A DNA stretch of 64,000 nt from the NCBI GenBank assembly GCA_963702425.1, contig CAVPCQ010000033.1:1-64000 (forward strand). The letters are read 5' to 3'. The notes under the pieces were generated by a model. It searched no databases. It was given only the letters and a program-made list of their open reading frames with translations, and was not told the origin of the DNA. The stretch comes from an uncultured Acidobacteriota bacterium (GTDB lineage: Bacteria > Acidobacteriota > Polarisedimenticolia > J045). The position numbers and the translations under genes were made by a program. Numbering within the stretch: position 1 is the first letter of the stretch; every line of letters starts with the position of its first letter. This document shows, one piece after another, positions 63,214 through 64,000 of the stretch.

Positions 63214-64000
63214 ATGTCCGAGCTCAACCCCTTCAAGATCGCGCAGGCGCAGTTGGACGAGGCCGCCGCGCGTCTCGGCCTCGACCACGCCACGCACCAG
63301 TTGCTGCGCGTCCCGCAGATGGAGCACCACTTCTTCGTGCCGGTGAAGATGGACGACGGCAAGACGAGGATCTTCGAAGGCTTCCGCGTCGAGTACAGCA
63401 TCGCGCGCGGTCCGGCCAAGGGCGGCATCCGCTGGCATCCCGACGAGACGATCGACACCGTGCGCGCGCTCGCCGCGTGGATGACCTGGAAGACCGCGGT
63501 GGTGGACATCCCGCTTGGCGGCGGCAAGGGCGGCGTCATCTGCAACCCGAAGGAGATGAGCGAGGGCGAGAAGGAGCGGCTGGCCCGCGCCTACGTGCGC
63601 GCGCTGGGCCCGATCCTGGGCGTCCACAAGGACGTCCCGGCGCCGGACGTCTACACCACGCCGCAGATCATGGCGTGGATGATGGACGAGTTCGAGATGA
63701 TCACGCGGCACTCCGAGCCGGGCGTCATCACCGGCAAGCCGCTCGCGCTCGGCGGCTCCAAGGGGCGCGGCGACGCGACCGCGCGCGGCGGCCTCTACGT
63801 CCTGCGCGAGGCGGCGAAGAAGATCGGCCTCGACCTCTCCAAGGCGACCTACTCGATCCAGGGCTTCGGCAACGCGGGCTCGTTCGCGGCCAAGATCATC
63901 ACCGAGGAACTCGGTGGCAAGGTCGTGTGCGTCGGCGAGTGGGACGGCGCAGCGTACAACCCGAAGGGGCTCGACTTCGCGGCCCTGCACAAGCACTTCA
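63214..64000 (+). CDS. gdhA: Glu/Leu/Phe/Val dehydrogenase (glutamate dehydrogenase), 3'-partial; absent from the ORF track
   Basis: RBS GGAGG; MSELNPF, RGPAKGGIRWHP, MTWK, GGGKGG, DVPAPD, TGKP..LGGS, IQGFGNAG. Confidence 0.92.
   Translation, partial: MSELNPFKIAQAQLDEAAARLGLDHATHQLLRVPQMEHHFFVPVKMDDGKTRIFEGFRVEYSIARGPAKGGIRWHPDETIDTVRALAAWMTWKTAVVDIPLGGGKGGVICNPKEMSEGEKERLARAYVRALGPILGVHKDVPAPDVYTTPQIMAWMMDEFEMITRHSEPGVITGKPLALGGSKGRGDATARGGLYVLREAAKKIGLDLSKATYSIQGFGNAGSFAAKIITEELGGKVVCVGEWDGAAYNPKGLDFAALHKHF

Overview
A very GC-rich bacterial chromosomal segment. Gene content and the nuo order lacking B and I suggest Acidobacteriota; this is inference only. Many single-base frameshifts interrupt otherwise intact genes, most likely uncorrected long-read errors. 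From left to right: (1) an operon encoding PspA/IM30, a substrate-binding/OmpA fusion, an ABC permease and ATPase, a membrane coiled-coil protein and a two-domain AAA+ ATPase; (2) an MNT antitoxin with a truncated HEPN partner, a sulfatase-TPR lipoprotein, a fused indolepyruvate:ferredoxin oxidoreductase and a serine hydrolase; (3) a ~13-unit ~26-bp repeat array upstream of a large repeat-laden HNH protein; (4) an ACP plus fatty acyl-AMP ligase pair; (5) a flagellin locus (two fliC, flaG, fliD, fliS, fliT-like) with sigma28 promoters and two PilZ proteins; (6) REP elements, a DegT aminotransferase, a NUDIX-MBL fusion, addBA, a VapC remnant, a spermidine-synthase-like membrane protein, and GT2 plus Maf-like genes; (7) oppDF-tolC-exbB-like genes, a nuo operon lacking nuoB, nuoI and nuoM, and the 5' part of a glutamate dehydrogenase. 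No rRNA, tRNA or CRISPR array was recognised. The best candidates for an undescribed system are the PspA/AAA+/OmpA-ABC operon and the repeat-array/HNH locus.
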